A stretch of DNA of 60,677 nucleotides from an uncultured euryarchaeote (GCA_963991835.1 CAXDRT010000001.1:1-60677); one strand, 5' to 3'. Counted from the first letter of the stretch, positions 18,771 through 28,478 are shown. Numbers and translations are program-made. Notes: generated by a model from the sequence alone, not told the origin.

Positions 18771-20045
18771 TCATAAAGCACGATGTCCGATGTCCGATCT
18801 ATGATGAGAACCTTGGAGAGAAATCGCTTGCATTCGTTGATACGAACGGGCCCTTGCATCCCTCAAAGAGGAAGCGATTGCTGTCGTAGCAAGGACTCTT
18901 CCTCCGGTTGAAATGAGTTGATGAGAGTCATCTCTTTTCGTACCTGCATGACTAACCCATGCCTCATCAGTATCTTCGTTAATCTCTGCCCCTAGAATGA
19001 CCCGTCCTTTTATTGCAGATTGTGGGTATCCTTCTGAAGCGAGAACGACTGTTAGGCAGTGTTTATCATGGAATGAAATAGCGTACTCTTGCAAAGAATC
19101 TGTAGCAGCCGCAAACAGCAATTCTCCCACGTCAGATGCGATGAGCGGGAGTGTTACTTGACATTCTGGATCACCAAAGCGAACATTGAATTCAACAACA
19201 TATGGATCTCCATGTTCATCGATCATCAACCCAACGTAGAGAACGCCACGATAAGGAACGTCCATCACAGACAGACTTTCATGCATTGGCTTAACAATTT
19301 GTTCAAGGACTTTTTGATGGATTTTTTCAGTGACAACAGGTGCAGGACAATACGCGCCCATTCCACCTGTGTTCAATCCCTCATCGCCATCCCAGACTCT
19401 TTTGTGGTCCTGACTTGGAGGCAGACAAATAAATCCAGAGGCATCCATTACGACCAACATACTCGCTTCCTCACCAGGTAAAAATGACTCCAACAAAACA
19501 TGCCCATCGGATTCTATTGAATCGTTGATGAATTCAATCGCTTCTTGATAGTCGGTGGTGACAACAACTCCTTTCCCACCAGCGAGAACATCTCTCTTGA
19601 TTACCCACGGATTGTGAGAATACGAATCGAGAGCAGATTCAAGATCACTTGAAGAATCGAGGACTTGATAATCAGCTGTAGGAACATTTGCACGACGCAT
19701 TGCTTCCTTTGCAAAGAGCTTAGATCCTTCGAGTTCGGCATGAAGGGCTTGAGGTCCAAAACAAGGAATATCATGCTCGAGAAGAAGATCTGCTAACGAA
19801 TCGCACAGTGGTGCTTCAGGACCAACAACGACAAAATCAACACGTAAGTTTCGAGATAAATCGACGAGCCCTGCGATATCAGATGATGAGATCGAATGAT
19901 TCGTTGCGTAATTCATGGTCCCTGCGTTTCCTGGAGTAACATGAACATCATCGATGGATTTGGATTCAAAAAGCGACCTGCATAGAGCATGCTCTCTCCC
20001 ACCACCTCCTACGACAAGGACTGACCTACCCATAACCCGACGCAA
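18771..20045 (-). CDS. purD: phosphoribosylamine--glycine ligase (GAR synthetase)
   Basis: 424 aa. The N-terminal VLVVGGGGREHAL, an ATP-grasp core and the C-terminal HHRSDIGHRAL are all typical of PurD. Confidence 0.95.
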   Translation of the reverse strand: MRRVMGRSVLVVGGGGREHALCRSLFESKSIDDVHVTPGNAGTMNYATNHSISSSDIAGLVDLSRNLRVDFVVVGPEAPLCDSLADLLLEHDIPCFGPQALHAELEGSKLFAKEAMRRANVPTADYQVLDSSSDLESALDSYSHNPWVIKRDVLAGGKGVVVTTDYQEAIEFINDSIESDGHVLLESFLPGEEASMLVVMDASGFICLPPSQDHKRVWDGDEGLNTGGMGAYCPAPVVTEKIHQKVLEQIVKPMHESLSVMDVPYRGVLYVGLMIDEHGDPYVVEFNVRFGDPECQVTLPLIASDVGELLFAAATDSLQEYAISFHDKHCLTVVLASEGYPQSAIKGRVILGAEINEDTDEAWVSHAGTKRDDSHQLISTGGRVLATTAIASSLRDARARSYQRMQAISLQGSHHRSDIGHRAL

Positions 20046-20098
20046 CCTATCTAGGCTGATAATTCAACCGCAAAAGGGGGCTCACAACAAGAGGCTTC

Positions 20099-20788
20099 AT
20101 GTGCTTTATTGAAATCCAATCTTTCATGAGCAACGTTGATGCAGCCACTGAACTCGGTTTTCTTTCACTTGTCTTGATGACTCTCTGGCTTTATCTTCCA
20201 GGATTTATTGCAAATACCTTTGCGATGATGTGGGGTAAATGGCTTCCAAAAACAGGTTATGGCCCGTGGCCAATCGATGGTGGAAGGTCTCTAAAAGATG
20301 GCAATCGGATGCTTGGTGATGGAAAAACCTGGAACGGACTTATTGGTGGATCGCTCACTGCTGGTTTGCTATGCGTGCTTCAATTAGCCATCGTTGGAAC
20401 AGAATTCGATGGAGCCGCCATATTTGCAAGTCCAATTATTGGTTCAGAAGATGCTTGGTTTTCAATTGGAAACGATTGGGTTACGGCCTATATCTTGGGA
20501 TCATTTCTCGGCTTTGCTTGCTTATTTGGTGATTTGACAGGTTCATTTTTCAAGCGTCGTCAAGGCTTGAAACGAGAAGGGGATGTTTCTTCCAAAGCAC
20601 CACTACTCGACACATTACCGTTCGCAATCATGGTCTTCCTTTGGGGTCAACTCTTTTTGGGAGGTTCGCTCCTAGCCTCAAGTGAACTCATCTATCCAAT
20701 GCTCGCAATAATTGTCATCACACCAGTACTTCATCGTGGATTTAACCTGATAGGATACGCCATTGGATGGAAAGATGTTCCTTACTGA
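20099..20788 (+). CDS. carS: CDP-archaeol synthase (CDP-2,3-bis-O-geranylgeranyl-sn-glycerol synthase)
   Basis: The motifs PIDGGRSLKDGNRMLGDGKTWNGLIGG, FGDLTGSFFKRRQG and ITPVLHRGFNLIGYAIGWKDVPY match the conserved CarS (DUF46) blocks. The true start is probably the internal ATG at ~20126 (MSNVDAATEL). Confidence 0.85.
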   Translation: MCFIEIQSFMSNVDAATELGFLSLVLMTLWLYLPGFIANTFAMMWGKWLPKTGYGPWPIDGGRSLKDGNRMLGDGKTWNGLIGGSLTAGLLCVLQLAIVGTEFDGAAIFASPIIGSEDAWFSIGNDWVTAYILGSFLGFACLFGDLTGSFFKRRQGLKREGDVSSKAPLLDTLPFAIMVFLWGQLFLGGSLLASSELIYPMLAIIVITPVLHRGFNLIGYAIGWKDVPY

Positions 20789-20830
20789 TGCAGGCAAAGC
20801 ATTGATGATTCAATACATGGTGGCCAAACC

Positions 20831-22612
20831 ATGCGAACAGCAAGCGTATTGACAATTTTGATGATGATTCCCATCCTTTTTGCAGGTGTGGCACTGGCAT
20901 CACCACCTACAAACGGAACAACAACAACTGTCTCTGATTCTCAAACATGGAATGGTGGTAATTTCAATGGAGATGTTATTGTTGCAAGCGGAGGTGTCCT
21001 TACTTGGACCGGTGAATCTCAAATCGCAACAGATTCTACAATAACAGTCGAAGAAGGTGGAACACTCAATCTCGATCATGCAGAATTAACAGGACAATCT
21101 TCAGTCTCAACTCTTCTTATCTTTGACAATACCAACATCGTTATCGATGAAAGCATCACAGACACTGATGCAGTAATGACCATCCATTTCAATATTAACG
21201 TACCACAGGAAGCCTATTTGAATTTGACCATAAATGGGACAACAACCAATGAGATTACTGGAACGTCATTTGAGGCAACTGTGGACTTGAACCAAGAATT
21301 TTCGATCGTAGTCGATCACCATTATCCACTTCCATTTGGAATAACTCATATCGAACTATTCCATTCAAATGCTGAACTGATAACGATTTCTGCGGAAGAA
21401 TTTACGCAAAGTGGAGGAAGCCTTTCATGGAATCAACCATCCTTCCATATCTTCAATCATGGAACTCTAGTTTCAGAAGGCTCGACATTAATGGGTGCAA
21501 ACATTAGTTGTGAACATCTTTGTCAATTTAATGACTCAACACTGGTTGGCAGTGGCCCAATCAATGTTGCTGATCAAACCCATATCGGGGTCAACAATTC
21601 AATGATCCTAGGTTCGAGAACAGACGAAGACATCATCCTACATGACCAAGCCACAATTGACTACGAGGAGACGACTGGAACTGGAGGCTACACTGACGCA
21701 TGGATTCGACTTCTTTCCAAGAGAGAAATTCACGTCAACGCTCAAGTAGCAACAGTAGTAGCAACAGGAATTGGTTACAACAGCAACACAATCAATACAG
21801 TCATCAACGGCGAATCAGACCAAAGCACATGGTTTGTTGACCTCGGAACAAGCGAAAGCAAGAGAATCGTTGAATGGGTTGATGGGTCAGGTGAATACAA
21901 TCAAGAAACTGGAACGATCAAGATTACTGTTGAATCAAACTGGGGTGATTTTATGGCCGATGCAGCAGCACCAAAAACCTCAACTGGATTTGTCAACATT
22001 ACATACCCATCACTAAGTATCGATAAAATTGAACCAGATTCAGTGACTGCAGATACTGGGAAGAGTCACTATGCAATGATTACAATTTCAAATACAGGTT
22101 CTGTAACTGCAAATCCAAATGTTCGATGCTATACCAACGGAGAAGAGGCAGATACAACAGCAAATACAGGCAATTGGGAAGTTGCTCCTGGAGAATCCAA
22201 GGTCGTACCAATCACATGGTGGCATTACACTGATGAAGCGACAACATTGAATTGTAAATTCTTGTATCCGGATGTTCTAGAAGCTGTGAGTAATTTAATC
22301 GCAGATGAGGCAGGTCAAACATCAAGTGAAGTCTCTTGGACAACAGCTGAAGAAGTTGAAGAACTTCCTGTCCTTCTCTATGGACTTATTGTGGCCATTG
22401 TTGTGGGATTGGGAGTCTTTGTAGCACTGGGTTCACGTCGATTGCAGAAGAAAGAGTACTTCGAGTCTGAAGAAGTATACGATGGTGAAGAAGAGGAAAG
22501 TGTTGATGAAGAGCCAACAGAATCATCGGAGGAATCCAATGAAGAAGAGATTGAAGATCAGACTTGGACAGATGCTGATGGAAATCCTATCGTATCGGCT
22601 AAAGACGAATAA
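20831..22612 (+). CDS. secreted surface protein with CARDB-like domain, C-terminal TM anchor and acidic tail
   Basis: 593 aa. Signal peptide is VLTILMMIPILFAGVALASP. The N-terminal module resembles the start of the 1445-aa adhesin. A CARDB-like segment reads ITISNTGSVTANPNVRCYTNGEEADTTANTGNWEVAPGESKVVPITW. The TM is LLYGLIVAIVVGLGVFVALG, followed by an E/S-rich tail ending QTWTDADGNPIVSAKDE. Confidence 0.6.
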   Translation: MRTASVLTILMMIPILFAGVALASPPTNGTTTTVSDSQTWNGGNFNGDVIVASGGVLTWTGESQIATDSTITVEEGGTLNLDHAELTGQSSVSTLLIFDNTNIVIDESITDTDAVMTIHFNINVPQEAYLNLTINGTTTNEITGTSFEATVDLNQEFSIVVDHHYPLPFGITHIELFHSNAELITISAEEFTQSGGSLSWNQPSFHIFNHGTLVSEGSTLMGANISCEHLCQFNDSTLVGSGPINVADQTHIGVNNSMILGSRTDEDIILHDQATIDYEETTGTGGYTDAWIRLLSKREIHVNAQVATVVATGIGYNSNTINTVINGESDQSTWFVDLGTSESKRIVEWVDGSGEYNQETGTIKITVESNWGDFMADAAAPKTSTGFVNITYPSLSIDKIEPDSVTADTGKSHYAMITISNTGSVTANPNVRCYTNGEEADTTANTGNWEVAPGESKVVPITWWHYTDEATTLNCKFLYPDVLEAVSNLIADEAGQTSSEVSWTTAEEVEELPVLLYGLIVAIVVGLGVFVALGSRRLQKKEYFESEEVYDGEEEESVDEEPTESSEESNEEEIEDQTWTDADGNPIVSAKDE

Positions 22613-22619
22613 TGCCTCT

Positions 22620-23855
22620 TTATGATTGATATGGATTTGTCATATCAAATGTTCTGATAGCTTGTTCTTGATATTGAACATTCACCCTATAGTCGCATGG
22701 TTCTGCACATATCTGATTGTTTATCTGTTCAAAAACCAAAAAATCTCCTGCTGAAAGTTGCGGATACCATTCATCACCCTGTTCTACATCATACAGTACA
22801 ACTACACAGGCACCATCTTCATCACCTACAGTCACCCAACTTCCGTTACCTTCTGAATCGAGTGGGATGAACATTCTTGTAAGCAAGTTACATTCGAAAT
22901 TACCAGATTCTGATGAAATAAAGAATTGAACATCCGAATAGGGCACCGCGGATTCAGTTAACTCAACACTCAATCCAAACAGGGCATCTCCTACAGATCC
23001 CTCGGCAGTGGTTTCACTTGATTCGAATATTACGCGGGGAGCGGTCGATTCAAATTGAGGGAAAGTGCAATCTAAATCCTTCATTTCAGCGTAAATGTCT
23101 TCAGCAATACTAAGAAATTTATTTGTCCATGGATCATCGATACCAAATCGTATGTTACCGTTGATAATCAAACTTGGAATATGTGATTCATAACTCTCGG
23201 GAGTCACCAAAGATGACCCCATTCCATTAATCATAATTTCACATGAGACAAGGCTCTTGTAAACAATTCCGTCAGGTAAAACATACACTTCAGCACAGTA
23301 TTCTTCGTAGCCGGCATTTGAACATATTTCATACTCATTCCCATTCAAGTATTCTGTTTGATAATTCGAAACGGCCATTATTCTTGTGCAAAATCCATTC
23401 TCCTCAACGTATGTAAATTCCAAGAAATCATCGTACCATGCTGAACAATCATCATTTACTAATGGATATACTTCCTTCATTTTATCTTCTTCAAACATAT
23501 ACCCATGGCCAGAATCAACCCAATATACCTCACCATAGAAGTCCGGTTCAGTATAATAATCATAGACAAAATACCCTGCGATTCCTGCAACAAGTAGTCC
23601 TACGAGTGTAACTGCAATAAGAATAGGGCGTTTTTTTGATTTCTTATCATTGAAGGATTCTTTATCTCCGTTATTATTACCATCTGATTCCTCAATTGCT
23701 GAGGCATTCGATTCGACTTCCACCATGTGGTAAGCATCGTTCTCTGAATACCAACGATTACCTTCGTCATCGAGATACCAATGATTCCCATCTTCATCAT
23801 TCTCAAGCCACGTACCAGGTGGTAATTCTTCCCAACTACTCACAGTTGTGGCCAT
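22620..23855 (-). CDS. type II (N-in) single-pass membrane protein with WW-like cytoplasmic N-terminus
   Basis: 411 aa. The N-terminus is SSWEELPPGTWLENDEDGNHWYLDDEGNRWYSENDAY. The TM is ILIAVTLVGLLVAGIAGYFVY. The ectodomain is Cys-containing with no recognisable family. Confidence 0.55.
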   Translation of the reverse strand: MATTVSSWEELPPGTWLENDEDGNHWYLDDEGNRWYSENDAYHMVEVESNASAIEESDGNNNGDKESFNDKKSKKRPILIAVTLVGLLVAGIAGYFVYDYYTEPDFYGEVYWVDSGHGYMFEEDKMKEVYPLVNDDCSAWYDDFLEFTYVEENGFCTRIMAVSNYQTEYLNGNEYEICSNAGYEEYCAEVYVLPDGIVYKSLVSCEIMINGMGSSLVTPESYESHIPSLIINGNIRFGIDDPWTNKFLSIAEDIYAEMKDLDCTFPQFESTAPRVIFESSETTAEGSVGDALFGLSVELTESAVPYSDVQFFISSESGNFECNLLTRMFIPLDSEGNGSWVTVGDEDGACVVVLYDVEQGDEWYPQLSAGDFLVFEQINNQICAEPCDYRVNVQYQEQAIRTFDMTNPYQS

Positions 23856-23952
23856 GTTAAAGCGACAATTCGCTTATTGATAATGTATTCTAGAAAAATG
23901 CTTGATCAATCATCTGTGAATAATGAGTGCCATTGACAAAATGATTTTTCAT

Positions 23953-24366
23953 CTAATAGGTAAGCTGGACATCAGATTTTGTTGCAAGAGCAATTACTCC
24001 GGGAGGGCCGCTCCATTCGATTTTATCATCTGCAACAATGAGAGCGCCATCTCCTTCACTGTGTCCTAGAGTTGCTTTTACAGAAGCAAATGAACAAAAG
24101 AGCGTTGCCTTGGAAATAATCGCATCCATGAATCCAGAGACCATCTTTGAGTCAGCCCCTATTTCGTTATCCAATTCTTCGATGTATCCTCGATCCAATA
24201 ATCGAGTACCTGACGCAGCAAAAAACACACTCACATCATGCCCATCGTTGATGGCTTGTGCTACACAAGCAATACCAACAATTGTCTTTAATGTGTCATT
24301 CTTTGGCTCGGATACAAACTTAACAAAAACGCTCTTGCTCATAGTCTTACCATTGAAAGATATCAC
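23953..24366 (-). CDS. DsrE/DsrF-like family protein (tentative)
   Basis: ~129-137 aa, small alpha/beta-looking protein (VGIACVAQAINDGHDVSVFFAASGTRLL). The likely start is MSKSV at ~24342. The assignment is by overall resemblance only. Confidence 0.4.
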   Translation of the reverse strand: MISFNGKTMSKSVFVKFVSEPKNDTLKTIVGIACVAQAINDGHDVSVFFAASGTRLLDRGYIEELDNEIGADSKMVSGFMDAIISKATLFCSFASVKATLGHSEGDGALIVADDKIEWSGPPGVIALATKSDVQLTY

Positions 24367-24412
24367 TTAATTTCTTTCATCGAAGGTCCGAGTCAAACAA
24401 ATCGCAGTTTGT

Positions 24413-24658
24413 TTAGTATATTTCTGGGATATCGAGTTCCCGTAGTTTTCTCTCTTCGTTTCGGCGTACCCATCCGTGTAATACAACGTAAAGGATTAGA
24501 ATCGAAATTGATGCTAGGTTGATGACCAGGTGCAATGCACTGGATGCGTACCCCTTTTCCCACCAAAGATAATTGTTGTAACTCAATCCAACAACGATTG
24601 CTAAAGGAACATTACCCCCCAAGAGAAGCAGTAGCATCAACAGGTACATCAGTGCCAT
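24413..24658 (-). CDS. small two-TM membrane protein
   Basis: 81 aa with two hydrophobic helices and a basic C-terminus. It fills an otherwise empty gap. The palindromic TATA-like CTAAATATTTAG (24696-24707) lies 38-49 nt upstream. Confidence 0.45.
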   Translation of the reverse strand: MALMYLLMLLLLLGGNVPLAIVVGLSYNNYLWWEKGYASSALHLVINLASISILILYVVLHGWVRRNEERKLRELDIPEIY

Positions 24659-24728
24659 TAATTTCTAACTTCCAATCGCCGTAATTAATCCCTTCCTAAA
24701 TATTTAGTTATACGATTGCAAAAATAAA

Positions 24729-27700
24729 TCATGCATATTTTTGCCAATCTGTTCCATTCCACCAAAACGTGCTTCCATCATCCATCCTTCTGAAGGTATG
24801 TCCATTATCATCTGTCCATTGTTGAAGAGCAACTGGTTCTGCGACAACGGGTTGCACTGCTTGAGCTTGCTGTCCATATCCTGAATCATACGAGGGTGTT
24901 GCTGTTTGTTGTGACACATAGGAAGAGGGATCGATGGTTTGCAATTGGTTTATGATTCCCCCTTGAGCGTATTCTTTGGTTTCGTGTACTTCACCGTCTC
25001 CTTGCCTGCGTGTGTAGAGTAGACCAACCGCAACACCTACAATGACTACGGCTATGAAAAGCAGAACATATGTAAGCCAACCAGTTTCTTCGTCTTCTGA
25101 AGATTCAGTTGCGTCACCGTCTGTGTTTTCATTCTCTTCTACTGGAGGAATCAAGACCTGATCGATAACATGGATGATTCCATTGAATGTCGTAACGTCA
25201 GCAGAGGTAATGTTTGCACCATTAATTCCAGTGGTTAGTGACAATGTGGTGTTATCGCCATTCGCCATTTGGAGTGCCATTCCCTCGGTAATCTCTGTTG
25301 ATGAGAGGGAACCGATGTGAACGTGATAAAGCAGTATATCAGAAAGTATGGCTTTGCCTTCGACTGTATCGAGGGATGCCAAATCAATTCCTGCATTTGC
25401 AAAGGCTTGATCTGTTGGTGCGAACAGTGTGAACGGCCCTTCACCTTGTAAAGTTTCCAATAATTCTGCTTGGATAACTGCAGCCACTAATGAGTTGTGA
25501 ATGCCAGTACATTCCGCAGTTCGTGGAATGTTGTTAGGAGCATCTGTTGGTGAGAGTACCTTATCGATGACGTGAATAATTCCATTGCTTGTGTTCACAT
25601 CAGCAAGCGTAACACTTGCACCATTTACCATAACGCCATCTCCGACAGTGAAGGCCAATGTTTGTCCATTCACTGCAGTTGCGGACATACATTCTGTTAC
25701 TGCGCTTGATGGTACTTCTCCAGATACGACGTGGTAGAGTAAGATGTCTGTCAGATTTGCTTTTCCTTCGACTGTGTCGAGGGCTGCAAGATCAATTCCT
25801 GCATCTGCAAATGCCTGGTCCGTCGGCGCAAAGAGTGTGAATGGTCCTTCACCTTGCAACGTTTCCAATAATTCTGCTTGGACAACGGCAGCCACCAATG
25901 AATCGTGAATACCTGTACATTGGGCTGTTCTCGGGATGTTATTTGGAGAGTCGGTTGGCGAGAGTACCTTGTCGATGACATGGATGACACCGTTACTTGT
26001 TCCAACGTCTGCAAGCGTTACTGTTGCATCATTGACCATGACGCCGTTAGTTCCAACTGTGAAGGAGAGGGTGTTGCCATTCACTGCAGTTGCTGACATA
26101 CATTCTGTGACTGCGCTTGAGGGGACTTCTCCAGATACGACGTGATAGAGCAAGATGTCTGTCAGAGCCGCTTTTCCTTCAACTGTGTCAAGTGTAGCAA
26201 GATCAATTCCTGCATCAATGAATGCTTGGTCAGTTGGTGCGAAGAGTGTGAACGGGCCAGGCCCTTGCAGTGTTTCCAATAATTCTGCTTGAACCACAGC
26301 TGTTACCAGTGTATCATGTATTCCTGTGCATTGTGCAGTTCGTGGAATGTCATTCGGAGTGTCTGTTGGACTCAATACCTTATCGATGACGTGGATGATA
26401 CCATTACTTGTCGAAACGTCTGTTGCTGTGACATTAGCATCATTGACCATTACTCCGTTAGTTCCAACTGTGAAGGAAAGCGGATTTCCATTGACTGCTG
26501 TAGCAGACAAACATTCTGTTACGTTTGCTGCTGGTACTTCGCCTGCGATAACGTGGTAAAGAAGAATGTCAGTGAGTGCGGCTTTGCCTTCAACAGTATC
26601 GAGTGCGGCGAGATCAATACCAGCATCTGTAAATGCTTGATCTGTTGGCGCAAAGACTGTGAAAGGACCATCGCCTTGCAGTGTTGGCAATAATTCTGCT
26701 TGTATTACTCCAGCAACAAGAGAATTGTGCACACCAGTACATTGGGCTGTTCGAGGAATATCGTTCGGAGTATCAGTGGGTGTTAGCACTTTGTCAATAA
26801 CGTGGATGACTCCGTTGCTCGTATCTACATCTGCAAGCGTAACGTTTGCTCCGTTGACCATGACTCCACCGTTGACTGTGAAGGAGAGAGGTTGTCCGTT
26901 TACTGCATCAGCAGACATACATTCAGTCACTGCTGATGAAGGAACATTTCCTGCGACAACGTGGTAAAGGAGGATGTCTGAAAGAATGGCTTTTCCTTCT
27001 GGTGTGTCGAGTGATGCTAGGTCTATCCCTGCGTCTGTGAATGCTTGATCGGTAGGGGCAAAGACTGTGAATGGTCCATTGCCTTGAAGAGTTTCAAGGA
27101 GTTCTGCTTGAATTACACCAGCAACGAGTGAATTATGGATTCCTGTACATTGGGCAGTTCGTGGTATGTCATTTGGAGTGTCTGTAGGAGTAAGCACCTT
27201 ATCGATAACGTGGATGACGCCATTACTGGTACTAACGTCTGCAAGAGTGACGTTTGCATCATTGACCATTACGCCAGAGCCTACTGTGAAGGATAATGAT
27301 TGACCGTTGACTGCTGTAGCAGACAAGCATTCAGTCACTGCACTTGAAGGGACCTCACCAGAGACGACATGGTAGAGAAGGATGTCACTGAGAGTGGCTT
27401 TCCCCTCTGGAGTATCGAGTGCTGCAAGATCAATCCCTGCATCTGCGAATGCCTGGTCTGTTGGGGCGAATACAGTGAATGGGCCTGGACCTTGAAGTGT
27501 CGAGAGCAACTCTGCTTGGATTACACCAGCTACAAGTGAATCGTGAACACCTGTGCATTGTGCTGTTCGTGGGATGTCATTTGGTGTATCGCTTGGTGTG
27601 AGAACCTTATCAATAACATGAATCAGGCCGTTGCTAGCAACAACATCTGTTAGGGTCACATTCGCATCGTTTACCATCACCGTGTTTCCAACTGTGAAGG

Positions 27701-28478
27701 ATAGTGGTTGACCGTTTGCTGCATCTGCAGACATGCAGTCAGTGACATCCGAGGACTGAACTTCTGATGATACAACGTGATAGAGAAGAATATCTGAGAG
27801 TGTCTGCTTACCAGTTGGATTATCCAGTGCGGCTAAATCAATACCTGCATCTGTAAATGCCTGGTCTGTTGGTGCAAACACTGTAAATGGTCCTGTTCCT
27901 TGGAGTGTTGGGAGCAAATCTGCCTGTATGACTGCTGCGACTAATGAATTGTGTATTCCAGTCGTTTGAGCAGTTGTTGGTATGTCGACAGGTGGAAGCA
28001 AAACGGTATCTATGACGTGTATGATTCCATTCGAGGCTTGAACATCTGCAGTCGTGACCGTTGCAGCACCGACGGTGACTGTTCCAGAATTAACTCCAAA
28101 CTTTACCTTGTCTCCGTTCACCATAGTAGCGAGCATACCATCAGTTACTGCGCTGGAAGGCACAGCACCAGACACGACGTGATGCAGTAAGATGTCGGAA
28201 AGGGTGGCATTTTCTTCAGGTGTGTCGAAATCATTGAGATCTATCCCAGCATCAGTAAATGCTTGATCTGTTGGTGCAAATACGGTAAATGGTCCCGTTC
28301 CTTGGAGCGTGGTTACGAGATTTGCATGCGTCAAGGCAGCCACAAGGGAGTTGTGGACGCCAGTTGCTGCAGCGTTTGTAGGGATGTCATCATTCGCATC
28401 AGCGCTCACGGAAAGAGGCAAAGTAGAGGCAATCAGTAGAGTAAGCGTCAGATAAACGAGGAGTTTCTTCATACCCAT
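24729..28478 (-). CDS. surface protein with eight tandem fasciclin (FAS1) domains, C-terminal TM anchor and W-rich tail
   Basis: 1249 aa. Signal peptide is LLVYLTLTLLIASTLPLSVSA. There are eight copies of the FAS1 signatures GPFT(V/L)FAPTDQAF and NG(I/V)IHVID(K/Q/T)VL. The TM is WLTYVLLFIAVVIVGVAVGLLY. The tail ends QQWTDDNGHTFRRMDDGSTFWWNGTDWQKYA. Confidence 0.9.
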   Translation of the reverse strand: MGMKKLLVYLTLTLLIASTLPLSVSADANDDIPTNAAATGVHNSLVAALTHANLVTTLQGTGPFTVFAPTDQAFTDAGIDLNDFDTPEENATLSDILLHHVVSGAVPSSAVTDGMLATMVNGDKVKFGVNSGTVTVGAATVTTADVQASNGIIHVIDTVLLPPVDIPTTAQTTGIHNSLVAAVIQADLLPTLQGTGPFTVFAPTDQAFTDAGIDLAALDNPTGKQTLSDILLYHVVSSEVQSSDVTDCMSADAANGQPLSFTVGNTVMVNDANVTLTDVVASNGLIHVIDKVLTPSDTPNDIPRTAQCTGVHDSLVAGVIQAELLSTLQGPGPFTVFAPTDQAFADAGIDLAALDTPEGKATLSDILLYHVVSGEVPSSAVTECLSATAVNGQSLSFTVGSGVMVNDANVTLADVSTSNGVIHVIDKVLTPTDTPNDIPRTAQCTGIHNSLVAGVIQAELLETLQGNGPFTVFAPTDQAFTDAGIDLASLDTPEGKAILSDILLYHVVAGNVPSSAVTECMSADAVNGQPLSFTVNGGVMVNGANVTLADVDTSNGVIHVIDKVLTPTDTPNDIPRTAQCTGVHNSLVAGVIQAELLPTLQGDGPFTVFAPTDQAFTDAGIDLAALDTVEGKAALTDILLYHVIAGEVPAANVTECLSATAVNGNPLSFTVGTNGVMVNDANVTATDVSTSNGIIHVIDKVLSPTDTPNDIPRTAQCTGIHDTLVTAVVQAELLETLQGPGPFTLFAPTDQAFIDAGIDLATLDTVEGKAALTDILLYHVVSGEVPSSAVTECMSATAVNGNTLSFTVGTNGVMVNDATVTLADVGTSNGVIHVIDKVLSPTDSPNNIPRTAQCTGIHDSLVAAVVQAELLETLQGEGPFTLFAPTDQAFADAGIDLAALDTVEGKANLTDILLYHVVSGEVPSSAVTECMSATAVNGQTLAFTVGDGVMVNGASVTLADVNTSNGIIHVIDKVLSPTDAPNNIPRTAECTGIHNSLVAAVIQAELLETLQGEGPFTLFAPTDQAFANAGIDLASLDTVEGKAILSDILLYHVHIGSLSSTEITEGMALQMANGDNTTLSLTTGINGANITSADVTTFNGIIHVIDQVLIPPVEENENTDGDATESSEDEETGWLTYVLLFIAVVIVGVAVGLLYTRRQGDGEVHETKEYAQGGIINQLQTIDPSSYVSQQTATPSYDSGYGQQAQAVQPVVAEPVALQQWTDDNGHTFRRMDDGSTFWWNGTDWQKYA
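25113..28376 (-). repeat. in-frame tandem repeat array, 8 units of 408-411 nt (FAS1 domains)
   Basis: The landmark CATTG(G/T)GC(T/A)GTTCG (with variants) recurs at 25510, 25918, 26329, 26740, 27148 and 27556, giving spacings of 408, 411, 411, 408 and 408 nt. Units 3-8 share long near-identical protein blocks (TPTDTPNDIPRTAQCTG(I/V)H(N/D)SLVAGVIQAELL). Confidence 0.85.

Noticed and set aside
26289-26693. Cys-rich 134-aa plus-strand ORF, with similar repeated ORFs (25905-26145, 26326-26559, 26659-26967), opposite the FAS1 gene
   Set aside because: They recur with the same 408-411 nt period as the FAS1 units on the other strand. They are antisense echoes of the coding repeat, whereas the FAS1 frame has canonical domain signatures.
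25113-28376. Regular repeat array considered as a CRISPR or satellite
   Set aside because: The period is ~410 nt with no short repeat/spacer structure. The array is in frame and encodes eight fasciclin domains within one ORF.
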